The position numbers and the translations under genes are program-made. A model generated the notes under the pieces. It searched no databases and was not told the DNA's origin. It saw only the letters and a program-made list of their open reading frames with translations. Source: a bacterium (GTDB lineage Bacteria > UBA8248). Taken from it: DNA of 64,000 nucleotides. The stretch lies in the NCBI GenBank assembly GCA_965213625.1, contig CBDBZU010000004.1:2880001-2944000 (forward strand), given 5' to 3'. How positions within the stretch are numbered: position 1 is the first letter of the stretch; each line of letters opens with the position of its first letter. Shown here piece by piece: positions 51,007 through 59,795 of this stretch.

Positions 51007-51837
51007 TCAGTGCATTACAGCTCCAGAGTCGACCAGAATAGCTTGGCCTGTAATGGTTTTCGCATCATCGCTGGCTAAAAAGGCAACTGCACGCCCAATA
51101 TCTTCAGTCGATTGCTCGATTCCCATGGGTGTTTGTTCCACAAAATAGTCGAAAACTTCCCTGGCAGATTTTTCCTTGAAATGAGCGAATTTTTTTCTGA
51201 ACTGAGTAGCCAATTGTTCCCACATAGAGCTCCATATCAGGCCGGGACAAACTGCGTTTACCGTAATACTTGATCGAGCAACTTCGCGAGCAAGCGCTTG
51301 GGTGAAAATAATTACCGCCGCTTTGCTTGCGCTGTAATGAGGAATGGTTTCGCGACCATCACGCCCAGCGCGTGAGGAAATATTGATGATTCGTCCCCAT
51401 CCCTTCCCCTTCATTTTTTCAAGTGATGCTTGGCACAACAGAAAAACTCCCTTCACGTTTACGTTGTAAGTGTCATCCCAATCATCTTCACTAATGTCGG
51501 ATAGAGGCATGCCCAACTTGAAATCCGTCCCGCCAATGACGCCTGCATTGTTTACGACTATATCCAAGCTGCCCATTTCTTTATCAGTCGCATCTACGAT
51601 GTCTACGCATTGATTCTTATCTGTCACATCAAGAACATATGGAATGATGTTAACGTCGAATTTCCCAACTTCTTCCGCTGCTGCCTCAGCACCGTTTTTC
51701 GAGATGTCGGCCAATGCCAAATGGACACCCTCTTCCGCCAGGCATCGGGCGATGCCGCGTCCTATCCCACCTCCAGCGCCGGTGATGAGGGCCACCTTGC
51801 CTTTCAGGCCGCGTTCTCTTGGCAGAGGGGAGGACAT
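51007..51837 (-). CDS. Short-chain dehydrogenase/reductase
   Basis: TGAGGGIG, NNAG, YSASK, NAVCPG. Confidence 0.92.
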   Translation of the reverse strand: MSSPLPRERGLKGKVALITGAGGGIGRGIARCLAEEGVHLALADISKNGAEAAAEEVGKFDVNIIPYVLDVTDKNQCVDIVDATDKEMGSLDIVVNNAGVIGGTDFKLGMPLSDISEDDWDDTYNVNVKGVFLLCQASLEKMKGKGWGRIINISSRAGRDGRETIPHYSASKAAVIIFTQALAREVARSSITVNAVCPGLIWSSMWEQLATQFRKKFAHFKEKSAREVFDYFVEQTPMGIEQSTEDIGRAVAFLASDDAKTITGQAILVDSGAVMH

Positions 51838-51840
51838 TGC

Positions 51841-52239
51841 TTATTTCCCATACCCTGTCATGGCGCCTCCCGATTCCAACCAATCCTCAAACACCTGGAG
51901 GCTTTCCAAGACGGCGGGAACGCCACTGTATGGCGACATTTGGAAAATCACTTCCATGATTTCTTTGTCCGTTGCACCGTAGCTTCTCGCAGCCGTGAAA
52001 TGAGAACGCATCTGGTTGAAACGGCCAGTTACGCATAAGGCTGCGAGTGCGCAAAATTCTCTCGTCTTGTGGGGAAGAACATCGCGATCATACAACCCCC
52101 CGTGAACGAAACGCTGGAACAGCATGGAGAAGTCAGGGTCGAGTTTATTCAGCCGGTCAAATAGTTTTTCCGTGTAACCTTCTCCGTATTGTGTATCGCC
52201 TCGCCGAATTGCTGGTGGATAAAACTGTTCGCTCATCAC
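51841..52239 (-). CDS. Carboxymuconolactone decarboxylase-family protein
   Basis: RDVLPHKTRE...H..AA...GATDKEIMEV...YSGVP. Confidence 0.82.
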   Translation of the reverse strand: MMSEQFYPPAIRRGDTQYGEGYTEKLFDRLNKLDPDFSMLFQRFVHGGLYDRDVLPHKTREFCALAALCVTGRFNQMRSHFTAARSYGATDKEIMEVIFQMSPYSGVPAVLESLQVFEDWLESGGAMTGYGK

Positions 52240-52271
52240 TCATTCTCCCCAGGGATAACGCCCAAAATCAG

Positions 52272-53204
52272 CTAGTCCGCTTCTATAATTTCGTTGCGCA
52301 GTCGGCCGAGTCCACCGACTTCCACTTCCACCACATCACCCGGCGTAAGAAACGAAGGCGTTGCACGAGCGTAGCCTACACCTGAAGGCGTGCCTGTCAA
52401 AAAGATATCGCCCGGTTCCAGCGTAAAACCTTCTGAAAGCACCGAGATCATGGACGGAATATCGTGAATCATCATGTTCGTGTTCGAATCCTGGCGTGCC
52501 TCGCCGTTTACCCAGCTTTTTACGGTTTGATTCATCGGGTCGCCATAGTCTTCTTTAGGGACGATGTATGGTCCAAGCGGACATGTGCCGTCGAGAGTCT
52601 TGCCTTTGAATATCTGCTTATGGCGCCTTTGAATATCTCTCGCGGAGATGTCATTTGCACAGCAATAGCCGAAGACGTGCTCATAAACTTCATCCATGGG
52701 GATATTTTTCCCTTTCTTACCGATGATGACGGCGATTTCAGCTTCATAATCGAGCTTTTCCGTCACCCGATGAGCAGGAATGCCTTCATTGTGTCCGATT
52801 AGGGTGCTCTGGGCTTTAGTGAAAAAGATGGGTTGATCGAGTTCAACCCTCGTCGTTTGCACATCCTTAGCTTGCAATCCCTCGTTCACATGGTCCTGAT
52901 AGTTGAGGCCCATGCAAAGAACATGTTTGGGCGGGTGGGGAACCGGGGATATGTGATGTACATCCTCGGGCGCCATGAGGATGGGAACCAAATCCTCCGC
53001 ATTCGCTTCGGCCAGTGCAATCAATTCTTGAAGCGCAGAGCCATGCTTCTCCCATGCTTTTATAACCTCAATCATGCTGCCAAAGGCCAGTTCCTGTTGA
53101 CCTAATATGCCAGCCAGACGCGACAAATGAGCGATTCTATCACCCACATACACGCCAACCCTCTCAAGACCTCTGTAACGATATGACAACAGTTTCATTC
53201 GCAT
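52272..53204 (-). CDS. Fumarylacetoacetate hydrolase-family protein
   Basis: CMGLNY.DH, P.FFTK, LDYEAE, NDISARD, GK, TGTPSGVG. Confidence 0.92.
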   Translation of the reverse strand: MRMKLLSYRYRGLERVGVYVGDRIAHLSRLAGILGQQELAFGSMIEVIKAWEKHGSALQELIALAEANAEDLVPILMAPEDVHHISPVPHPPKHVLCMGLNYQDHVNEGLQAKDVQTTRVELDQPIFFTKAQSTLIGHNEGIPAHRVTEKLDYEAEIAVIIGKKGKNIPMDEVYEHVFGYCCANDISARDIQRRHKQIFKGKTLDGTCPLGPYIVPKEDYGDPMNQTVKSWVNGEARQDSNTNMMIHDIPSMISVLSEGFTLEPGDIFLTGTPSGVGYARATPSFLTPGDVVEVEVGGLGRLRNEIIEAD

Positions 53205-53231
53205 CTCCTAGGGAAAATGGTTCTTGGAAAT

Positions 53232-54320
53232 TCAGGATATTTTGTAACGCTCAAGCGCATCCGGTGTGAATTCCACGCCGTGCCCGGGCACGTCGGGGAC
53301 GTCGATGTGTCCATCGCGCACCGTGAAATCCTGCGTGAAATCACCCGGCGAGAAGAATTCCATGTATTCGACCATATAGCCCCTGGGCGTTGCGCCTACG
53401 AGGCTGACCGACAGTTCATGGGCCAGATGACTGCTCAGGGAAATGTTGAAGGCATCGGCTAAATGCGCAATTTTGATGAACTCCGTCACCCCGCCGCAAC
53501 GGCAAACATCGGGCTGCAGAAACCCCACCGCCCGGCGCTCGCAAATCTCTCGGAATCCCCAGCGCATGTAGGCGTTTTCTCCCGCCGCTGTGGGCACCAT
53601 GCTTTTCTCCGCCACCTCTGCGAGATCATCGACGCAATCAGCCAGCACGGGCTCCTCGAACCAGGCAACGCTGTATTCCGCCAGCATGGATGAAACTTCA
53701 ACAGCTTCGCGCACGTTGTAGTTCTGGTTCGCGTCGCAAAAGAGAATGAAATCCTCTCCCATACTCTTTCTGAGGTAATCTAGTCGTTCTGCGTCGCGCG
53801 CCGTGCCGATTTTGAGTTTATAGCCGCTCATGCCGAGTGAGGCGGCTTCCTGGGCTTCTTCGAGCAGTTCCGAATCCGGGAGCGTGTGCCAGCCCCCGCT
53901 GCCGTAAACCGGTATCCTTTGGCGAAATCCGCCCAAGAGGCGATTCAAGGGCAGGCCGGCTGTTTTCGCCACTATATCCCAGCAGGCGATGTCCACGGCA
54001 GAAAGCGAATATAAGCCCAATCCGCCGCGCATTCTCGCTTTGTTCGGCGCCCACATGCGATTCCAAAGCGCTTCGGGGGCGAGGGCGTCTTGCCCGATAG
54101 CCATTGGAGCCAATTCATTTTCGATGTATGGCAGCATGGCGACGCCGCCCTCACCTCCCAGGCCCATCGTGAAACCCGTGCCGCTCGGGCCGTCTTCGGT
54201 ATGCATCTGCACTGCGATGACATCGAGATGCGTGTAAACGCCGAGCGAGCTTTGAAAAGTTTTTTTGAGAGGAACTTTGAGAGGAACTGCCTCGAGAGAG
54301 CGTATTTTTAGTTGTGACAT
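53232..54320 (-). CDS. Mandelate racemase / muconate lactonizing enzyme-family protein
   Basis: SAVDIACWD, KLKIG, DANQ, WFEEP, AGEN, QPD, SH. Confidence 0.9.
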   Translation of the reverse strand: MSQLKIRSLEAVPLKVPLKKTFQSSLGVYTHLDVIAVQMHTEDGPSGTGFTMGLGGEGGVAMLPYIENELAPMAIGQDALAPEALWNRMWAPNKARMRGGLGLYSLSAVDIACWDIVAKTAGLPLNRLLGGFRQRIPVYGSGGWHTLPDSELLEEAQEAASLGMSGYKLKIGTARDAERLDYLRKSMGEDFILFCDANQNYNVREAVEVSSMLAEYSVAWFEEPVLADCVDDLAEVAEKSMVPTAAGENAYMRWGFREICERRAVGFLQPDVCRCGGVTEFIKIAHLADAFNISLSSHLAHELSVSLVGATPRGYMVEYMEFFSPGDFTQDFTVRDGHIDVPDVPGHGVEFTPDALERYKIS

Positions 54321-54331
54321 TTCATCTCCGT

Positions 54332-55507
54332 CTACAAGAATTTCATGGAACGAATGCGCATGGCCTGGTTCGTTCCATCGGAATGCAAGAAGCTGGTAAC
54401 GTCTCTTAGATATTTTTCCATCGGCGCATCCGTCATATATCCGGTGCCGCCCCACACTTCCAACGCGTGCGTGGCGATTCTGTATGAGGATTCGGACACG
54501 AAACACTTGGTCATGAAACCCATCTTGGGGTCATAAAGGCCCTCCTGGCCCGCCGTCCAGGCGGCGTAGTGAAGCAATCGCCTGCTCGCTTCGTACTCCG
54601 CGAAACAATCCGCCAGCATAAAGCCGATCGCCTGATGCTCGATGATCGGCTTGCCCCCCTGAATCCGGCTTCGAGCGTGCGCCAAGGCGTCTTCATAGGC
54701 CGCCCTGGCTGCGCCGAGAACGGTGGCGGCTGCTTCGATGTTCGAACCCGGGACGAACATGCGGCGCGCCTCCGTAGCGCGATTCACTTCCGAGATGCGG
54801 TTTTCATCCGGCACCCTGCAATTCTCGAAAATCAACTCCGCGTTCAGAGACAGACGCTGCCCCATCTTGTCGTGAATCTTCCCGTAGCGGAAACCGTCCA
54901 TATCGGGCGTAATGATGAAATATGTCATCCCCTCGGACACGCCTTTCGTCGTATCGGTTCTCATGGCGACGATGCACAGCTTGGCGATTCCACCGTTGCT
55001 GATGTAACGCTTCTTCCCGTTGGCTATCCAGTGGTCCCCGTCGCGCACGGCGGTCGTCCGCACGCCGGCGTCCGGGCTGTCGTAGGGGATGATGTTGTCG
55101 GTTCCTCCCGATTCCTCCGTCATACCGACGGCGAGATGGAAATGGTGGTCTTCCAGGAAAGATTTCAGATATCGCTCCTTCTGGCCCGCATTCGTCAGCT
55201 TTTCGAACAAATGGGATATCTTCCAGGTCTGATCGAACGTGATGGCCGTACCCAGATCGCCCCAGGCGAGTTCCTCGCCCACCAGGCACAGCGTCAGGAT
55301 ATCGCAACCCCCACCCCCCAACTCCTTGGGAAGCGCCAGTGTCCGCAAGCCCAGCCTGCTCCCCTTCTCGAGCACGTCCCAGGGGAAGCGCTTCATCGGG
55401 TCGGGTTCTTTATCGAGAGCCGCCGCGACGGGGCGTATTTCCTGAGCGGCGAAGTCGTGCGCCGTCTTTTGCAGCTGTTCCTGTTCGGGAGTGAGTGTGA
55501 AATCCAT
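54332..55507 (-). CDS. Acyl-CoA dehydrogenase-family protein
   Basis: MDFTLTPEQ, MTE..GGTD, NGKKRYISN, KMG, R.QGGKPI..HQ, GGTGY, DGTNQ. Confidence 0.9.
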   Translation of the reverse strand: MDFTLTPEQEQLQKTAHDFAAQEIRPVAAALDKEPDPMKRFPWDVLEKGSRLGLRTLALPKELGGGGCDILTLCLVGEELAWGDLGTAITFDQTWKISHLFEKLTNAGQKERYLKSFLEDHHFHLAVGMTEESGGTDNIIPYDSPDAGVRTTAVRDGDHWIANGKKRYISNGGIAKLCIVAMRTDTTKGVSEGMTYFIITPDMDGFRYGKIHDKMGQRLSLNAELIFENCRVPDENRISEVNRATEARRMFVPGSNIEAAATVLGAARAAYEDALAHARSRIQGGKPIIEHQAIGFMLADCFAEYEASRRLLHYAAWTAGQEGLYDPKMGFMTKCFVSESSYRIATHALEVWGGTGYMTDAPMEKYLRDVTSFLHSDGTNQAMRIRSMKFL

Positions 55508-55699
55508 GTTTAGCCCTCTATTCATGAAGCCGCGCCGGAACCGGTGATGGCCCTGCTGCGCTTCGTCCAGCCTTAGCCATGATGTATGCGTACCGGATAG
55601 TATCCGCTCGCACCTGCACGCGCAATCGGGAATCGTGGTCGAGGTTCGTCTTGAGAGCAGCCGCCGAGGCGGAGAAAGGATGCTTCGGGGTAGGCGATT

Positions 55700-56065
55700 C
55701 AATTCGTGCAAATGCGGGAAAATGCGTGGTCGTCAAAAAGTTTTTTAATTCGATAAATTTCAATAAATATTTAATGTATTACTTTAATATATCTAGATAT
55801 TCCATTAAATACATGTCATATATTCCGCTAGTTTGAGCCGGAAACCTTTTCAGGAATTTATCGATATTTATCGTATTGTTCAGCATTACGAAATCCGCGC
55901 CGCAAATCCCGAATCCGGCGGATTTCATGCTTTCATTTCTCCGTTCGCATCCAACGGCCCGGCGCATGTTTTCCCTCTCCTTCGCCGCCCCGCCTTCATG
56001 GAGGGGCGTACGCAGGATAGTTCAGATGCGAAGAAACGAATTTACTGAAAATGCGGGGAAATGCG
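55700..56065. repeat. Second 10-bp-periodic AT-rich intergenic array sharing motifs with 29381-29580
   Basis: aatgcgggaa/aatgcgtggt; ttttttaatt/cgataaattt/caataaatat; caggaattta/tcgatattta; aaatgcgggg/aaatgcgcgc. Confidence 0.55.
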
Positions 56066-56314
56066 CGCTCTGATACATGAGGCGCGTACAGCACGAGGAG
56101 GGCTAGCGGATCCCGAAAGAGAAATTTCCTGGGGCCACCATTCGTGTCGGCCCGAATCCGCTGCCGCTTTTGCGGTGTCCACACCGATACAGGCGCACTT
56201 GCAGAAACCTGCCAGCGTGTCGTCTCGGTTTCCTGAAACCCCGGTTTCACGCGAGAGAAGATGTCGGCGGACTTTTACGCCCGCCCCTGCACCCTCTTCC
56301 GTCGATAATGCCCG

Positions 56315-57031
56315 TTACTCGTGATAAATCGCCACGGCGCGCACGGGAGAACCCGTTCCGCCCCGTATGTTGAGCGGCAGGCACGAGAAGAAGAACTTCG
56401 TGTTCACCACCTCCTTCAAGTTCGCCAGATTCTCCACGTTCAGCACCTTGCGCTCCCGGCAGGCCTTGTGCGCCCAGTAGCCCTTGTCGCGGAAGGCCTC
56501 TGAGGAATCCACGCTGGGCGAATCGATACCGACGTTGATGCAGCCCCTGTCCGCCAGCCATATCGTCGCGGCCTCGCTCAACCCGGGGTAGACGTGCAGC
56601 CAGGTATGAAAATCCCCGCCGTAGTTCGCCTCGTAGTGGCCCGTCCAGATGAGCACGCTGCCCTTCTCTGGCACTTCCAGTCCCGCCTTCGCGCACGCCT
56701 CTTCCAGGTCCGCCGGCTCCATCCAGTCCTCGGTGTTGCAGAATTTGGAGAGGTCAAGGCAGATCGCCTCGTTATAGAACCACTCGAGGCCCAGCTGGTC
56801 AATGGTCTCCCCGTCCTTGTCGATGTGGTAGAAGGCGTCCACGTGCGTGGGGCCGTGGTCGCTCATCACGAGGCAGTTCGTCGTCGATGTATGGCCCGAT
56901 GGCGAATTCGCATACGCCTTGGCCGTTTCGGCGTGCGTTTTGTTGGGGAAAACCCCCGTCCGCTGGTGGCCCGGATAAACGGGCATGCCGTCATAAATCT
57001 CCTGCGATAAATCCACGATGCGAATTCCCAT
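56315..57031 (-). CDS. Cyclase-family (kynurenine formamidase-like) hydrolase
   Basis: VDLS, HGPTHVDA.YH, PGLS, GID, ENL, GSPVRAVA. Confidence 0.9.
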   Translation of the reverse strand: MGIRIVDLSQEIYDGMPVYPGHQRTGVFPNKTHAETAKAYANSPSGHTSTTNCLVMSDHGPTHVDAFYHIDKDGETIDQLGLEWFYNEAICLDLSKFCNTEDWMEPADLEEACAKAGLEVPEKGSVLIWTGHYEANYGGDFHTWLHVYPGLSEAATIWLADRGCINVGIDSPSVDSSEAFRDKGYWAHKACRERKVLNVENLANLKEVVNTKFFFSCLPLNIRGGTGSPVRAVAIYHE

Positions 57032-57059
57032 GTCTTTGCTCTCCACTTTGAATCGGTTG

Positions 57060-57490
57060 ATTGGTTGAAAAATAATGGCGAGAGTTTACCCGAGAGTGTT
57101 AGATAAAATCACGCCCCATCGCGATCATCATTACGGTTTGGTAGCGCGACCTGTCCCTACAATCGAGGTTGGTATCGTCGTCATTCCGGAGTCGATTCCG
57201 ACCAAAGCGGGAGGTCGAATCCGATTGATGAATGAGAGTTCGACGGAATCCAGAGCAGATGATCGCCAAAATGAGGAACCCCCCAACCCCCCTTGTCAGG
57301 GGGGCTTTTCTTCTACCCCCTCGTCGAGGGGCATCGCCTTTACCCCCCTGTCAAGGGGGGGTAGGGGGGGTTGCTTTTCCAGTCGGGAGGGGTCTCCCCT
57401 CTACTCGCTAAAAGGGGATCTTTTTCAACAACCCATTCCTCATCAGTCTTCCTTCGGGAAACCCGACCCCTCAAGGAGGGGAGTGAACTT
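57060..57490. repeat. Mosaic of REP-like palindromes bounded by degenerate IS1182-type ends
   Basis: GTTGAAAAA near 57064 ... TTTTTCAACAACCC near 57421; includes CCTGTCCCTAC, GTCATTCCGG, CCCCC..GTCA.GGGGG and CCCCTCAAGGAGGGGAGTGA. Confidence 0.6.
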
Positions 57491-57540
57491 ATAGAATCTT
57501 AAGGGATGAAGAAGGGATTGTCGCGTACGAGGAAAACCCA

Positions 57541-58074
57541 TTACGTTTGGGGTTGATCACGAGGGAGAAGCACGTGCTTTCGCAAACGATCCATCTGCCC
57601 ATTGTGTAGTTTAAGATCGAAATACCAGTTTTCGTGTGTCCGCTTTTGTTTAAGTGTACGAATCAGTTCGCTGTTGAATTGGAAAGAGAACATCTCGACA
57701 AGGTCGGCGAAAAGGCAATCGACATCAGAGATGAGGGTGGAAGGAACCGGGCAACCCCGGCTAAATGGATCGGGGTATCTGGGTAGAGATTGGTAATTAC
57801 AGATGTATTCCGGAACCGTGAAGTCATTTCGAGAAGGCACCTTCTCTCGTATCATCTGTGACATTTTTCTTAGATTGTGGCCAACTGTCTTCGGCTCAAA
57901 TGAAGGCTCCAACCACTTCAGTGTCGCTTTCATAAGTTGCTCTATACATTGTTGTGAAAGAAAAGCAGCAGGGGGATGGAATCCTTTATGAAAACAAGTA
58001 CGAGCAGGAACATAAAACCAAAACGCACGATTCTGCCAAATAATGTAATCGACATCTCGTTTCGGAATTTTCAT
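57541..58074 (-). CDS. HEPN-domain protein
   Basis: AAFLSQQCIEQLMKA...GHNL...RYP pattern of HEPN; ATG overlaps the upstream TGA (ATGA). Confidence 0.72.
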   Translation of the reverse strand: MKIPKRDVDYIIWQNRAFWFYVPARTCFHKGFHPPAAFLSQQCIEQLMKATLKWLEPSFEPKTVGHNLRKMSQMIREKVPSRNDFTVPEYICNYQSLPRYPDPFSRGCPVPSTLISDVDCLFADLVEMFSFQFNSELIRTLKQKRTHENWYFDLKLHNGQMDRLRKHVLLPRDQPQT

Positions 58075-58874
58075 GAACAAGATTCCTGCTCATCCTTAGT
58101 GCTCGGACGAATGCGTGGGTTATCTTGAACATGCTTATTTTTAAATTTCTCCATCGCAGACGTGAGATTGCCAGTTAACTTAAAGTAATTGCTGATGGCG
58201 CGATCCAGCATATGCTCCGCCACTCCCGACGCATCAAACTCGACAACTCCTCTCTCGTCGAGCAACCCATGCTTTAGTATGTTCCGTATTTCATTTGCAG
58301 TTCCAACTAAACCCCTCCGGCTGAGTGCTTCGCCACCTAATATTTCGCCGATCTTGACAGCAGCATCTACGAGTGAATCCATTGTAGGCTTATAGGAATC
58401 AAATATCTTTTTAAGAGATTGTAAAAACATTTTGAGGGAATCGTTACTCTCACGAGAACTCTCCCTCAATCCCTCAAGTTTCTCGTCGACGATACCCTCC
58501 AAATCTTTCAGTAGCTTTTTTTCTTCATTACGACCACGTAGAAGCTTACCTGGAAGATTATTGGGTTCCTCGTCGTTTCGAAGTTTTTCTAAAATCTCTC
58601 CGTAAAGCTTGTCGTTTTCCTTGATTTTTTCTCGTAGCTTGTTGATGCTTTCCCGCAAGTCATCAGTCAATGCAGTAATAATGGATTTTTCTTGCTCAAA
58701 GTATTTACGTAGTGCGTCTTTGAGTATTTTCAATAGAAAAGACCCGAACAACTCCTCAGCAGCACCCGCCAATGTGATGACTGAATAGTAATCCTTTTCA
58801 TCACGATAGAGGCAAAGGGCGGTTTCAAGTTGCCTTAACGCCATAGAATGAATGTCATGAGCCATCTGGGTCAT
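58071..58874 (-). CDS. Hypothetical HEPN-like protein with central coiled-coil insertion
   Basis: ALRQLETAL..Y...DYYSVITLAGAAEE N-terminal helices; charged heptad region; RNILKH (Rx4H). Confidence 0.55.
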   Translation of the reverse strand: MTQMAHDIHSMALRQLETALCLYRDEKDYYSVITLAGAAEELFGSFLLKILKDALRKYFEQEKSIITALTDDLRESINKLREKIKENDKLYGEILEKLRNDEEPNNLPGKLLRGRNEEKKLLKDLEGIVDEKLEGLRESSRESNDSLKMFLQSLKKIFDSYKPTMDSLVDAAVKIGEILGGEALSRRGLVGTANEIRNILKHGLLDERGVVEFDASGVAEHMLDRAISNYFKLTGNLTSAMEKFKNKHVQDNPRIRPSTKDEQESCS

Positions 58875-58918
58875 TGAATATTACCCTGAAAGGAGAACCA
58901 CGGAGATACCGTATTACC

Positions 58919-59695
58919 TTACTCGCTCCCCTCCCGCTCCCACATCCGCAACCGCACGATAACCGCCCCGAACACGACGATGAGCACAGCGCTTGCTAAA
59001 TATGCGGCGCGCATCGGGCCGAACCAGAGGCTGTCCGCGCGGAAGCCGCTCACGGCGGCGCGTCCGAATGAGTAGAGAACGAAGTAGAGGCAGAAGATGA
59101 AGCCCGGCTTGTGGTTTATGAGGCGCAGACGTCTCAAAATGAAGAACCAGAGGAGGTTCAGGAGAAGCTCATAAATCATCACGGGGTGCGTCGCCTGTCC
59201 CGGGAATTCCCGGCCCGCGATGGATGTCATGGGAAACTCCACGCCCCAGGGCAACGTAGTCGGCACGCCGTGCGCATCGCCGTTCATGAAGTTGCCGAAA
59301 CGCCCGAACACCTGGCCGAGCATGATGGCGGGCGCCACCGCGTCGGCGAACTCCCAGGTGGAAACGGCGTGGTTTCTCAGGTAAAGATAGCCCGCCAGCG
59401 CACCGCCGATGAGCCCCCCGTGTATGGCGAGGCCCCCGCGCCATATGGCGAAGACCTCCCACATTGCGCCCTGATAAAATTCCCAATTGAAGAGCACATA
59501 ATAAATTCTGCCGCCCATGATGCCTGCGAACATGACGAGGAGGCCGAAGTTCATCACTTCATCGGGCGTAATGGGCATACCCTTGCGCGCTGCTTCCCTC
59601 CTCACCAGCCATACGCCGGCCAGCACGGCGGTGACGTACATGAGTCCGTACCAGCGCAGCGCGAACGGTCCGATTTCGAATATGACGGGGCTCAA
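58919..59695 (-). CDS. lgt: Prolipoprotein diacylglyceryl transferase
   Basis: LRWYGLM, GGRIYYV, GGLAIHGG, GRFGNFMNG, HP..IYE. Confidence 0.95.
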   Translation of the reverse strand: MSPVIFEIGPFALRWYGLMYVTAVLAGVWLVRREAARKGMPITPDEVMNFGLLVMFAGIMGGRIYYVLFNWEFYQGAMWEVFAIWRGGLAIHGGLIGGALAGYLYLRNHAVSTWEFADAVAPAIMLGQVFGRFGNFMNGDAHGVPTTLPWGVEFPMTSIAGREFPGQATHPVMIYELLLNLLWFFILRRLRLINHKPGFIFCLYFVLYSFGRAAVSGFRADSLWFGPMRAAYLASAVLIVVFGAVIVRLRMWEREGSE

Positions 59696-59795
59696 ATTTC
59701 CGGTTCCTTAACCAGTAGTCGGCGGGCGGCGTTCTTGTTCTATTGACGTAAAAAGCGCAGCTTGACTCTTGCTCGGTGTTCTAAAATCCATCCGG

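Noticed and set aside
55740-55880. oriC or DNA-unwinding element
   Set aside because: AT-rich, but no TTATCCACA-like DnaA boxes and no dnaA/dnaN neighbours
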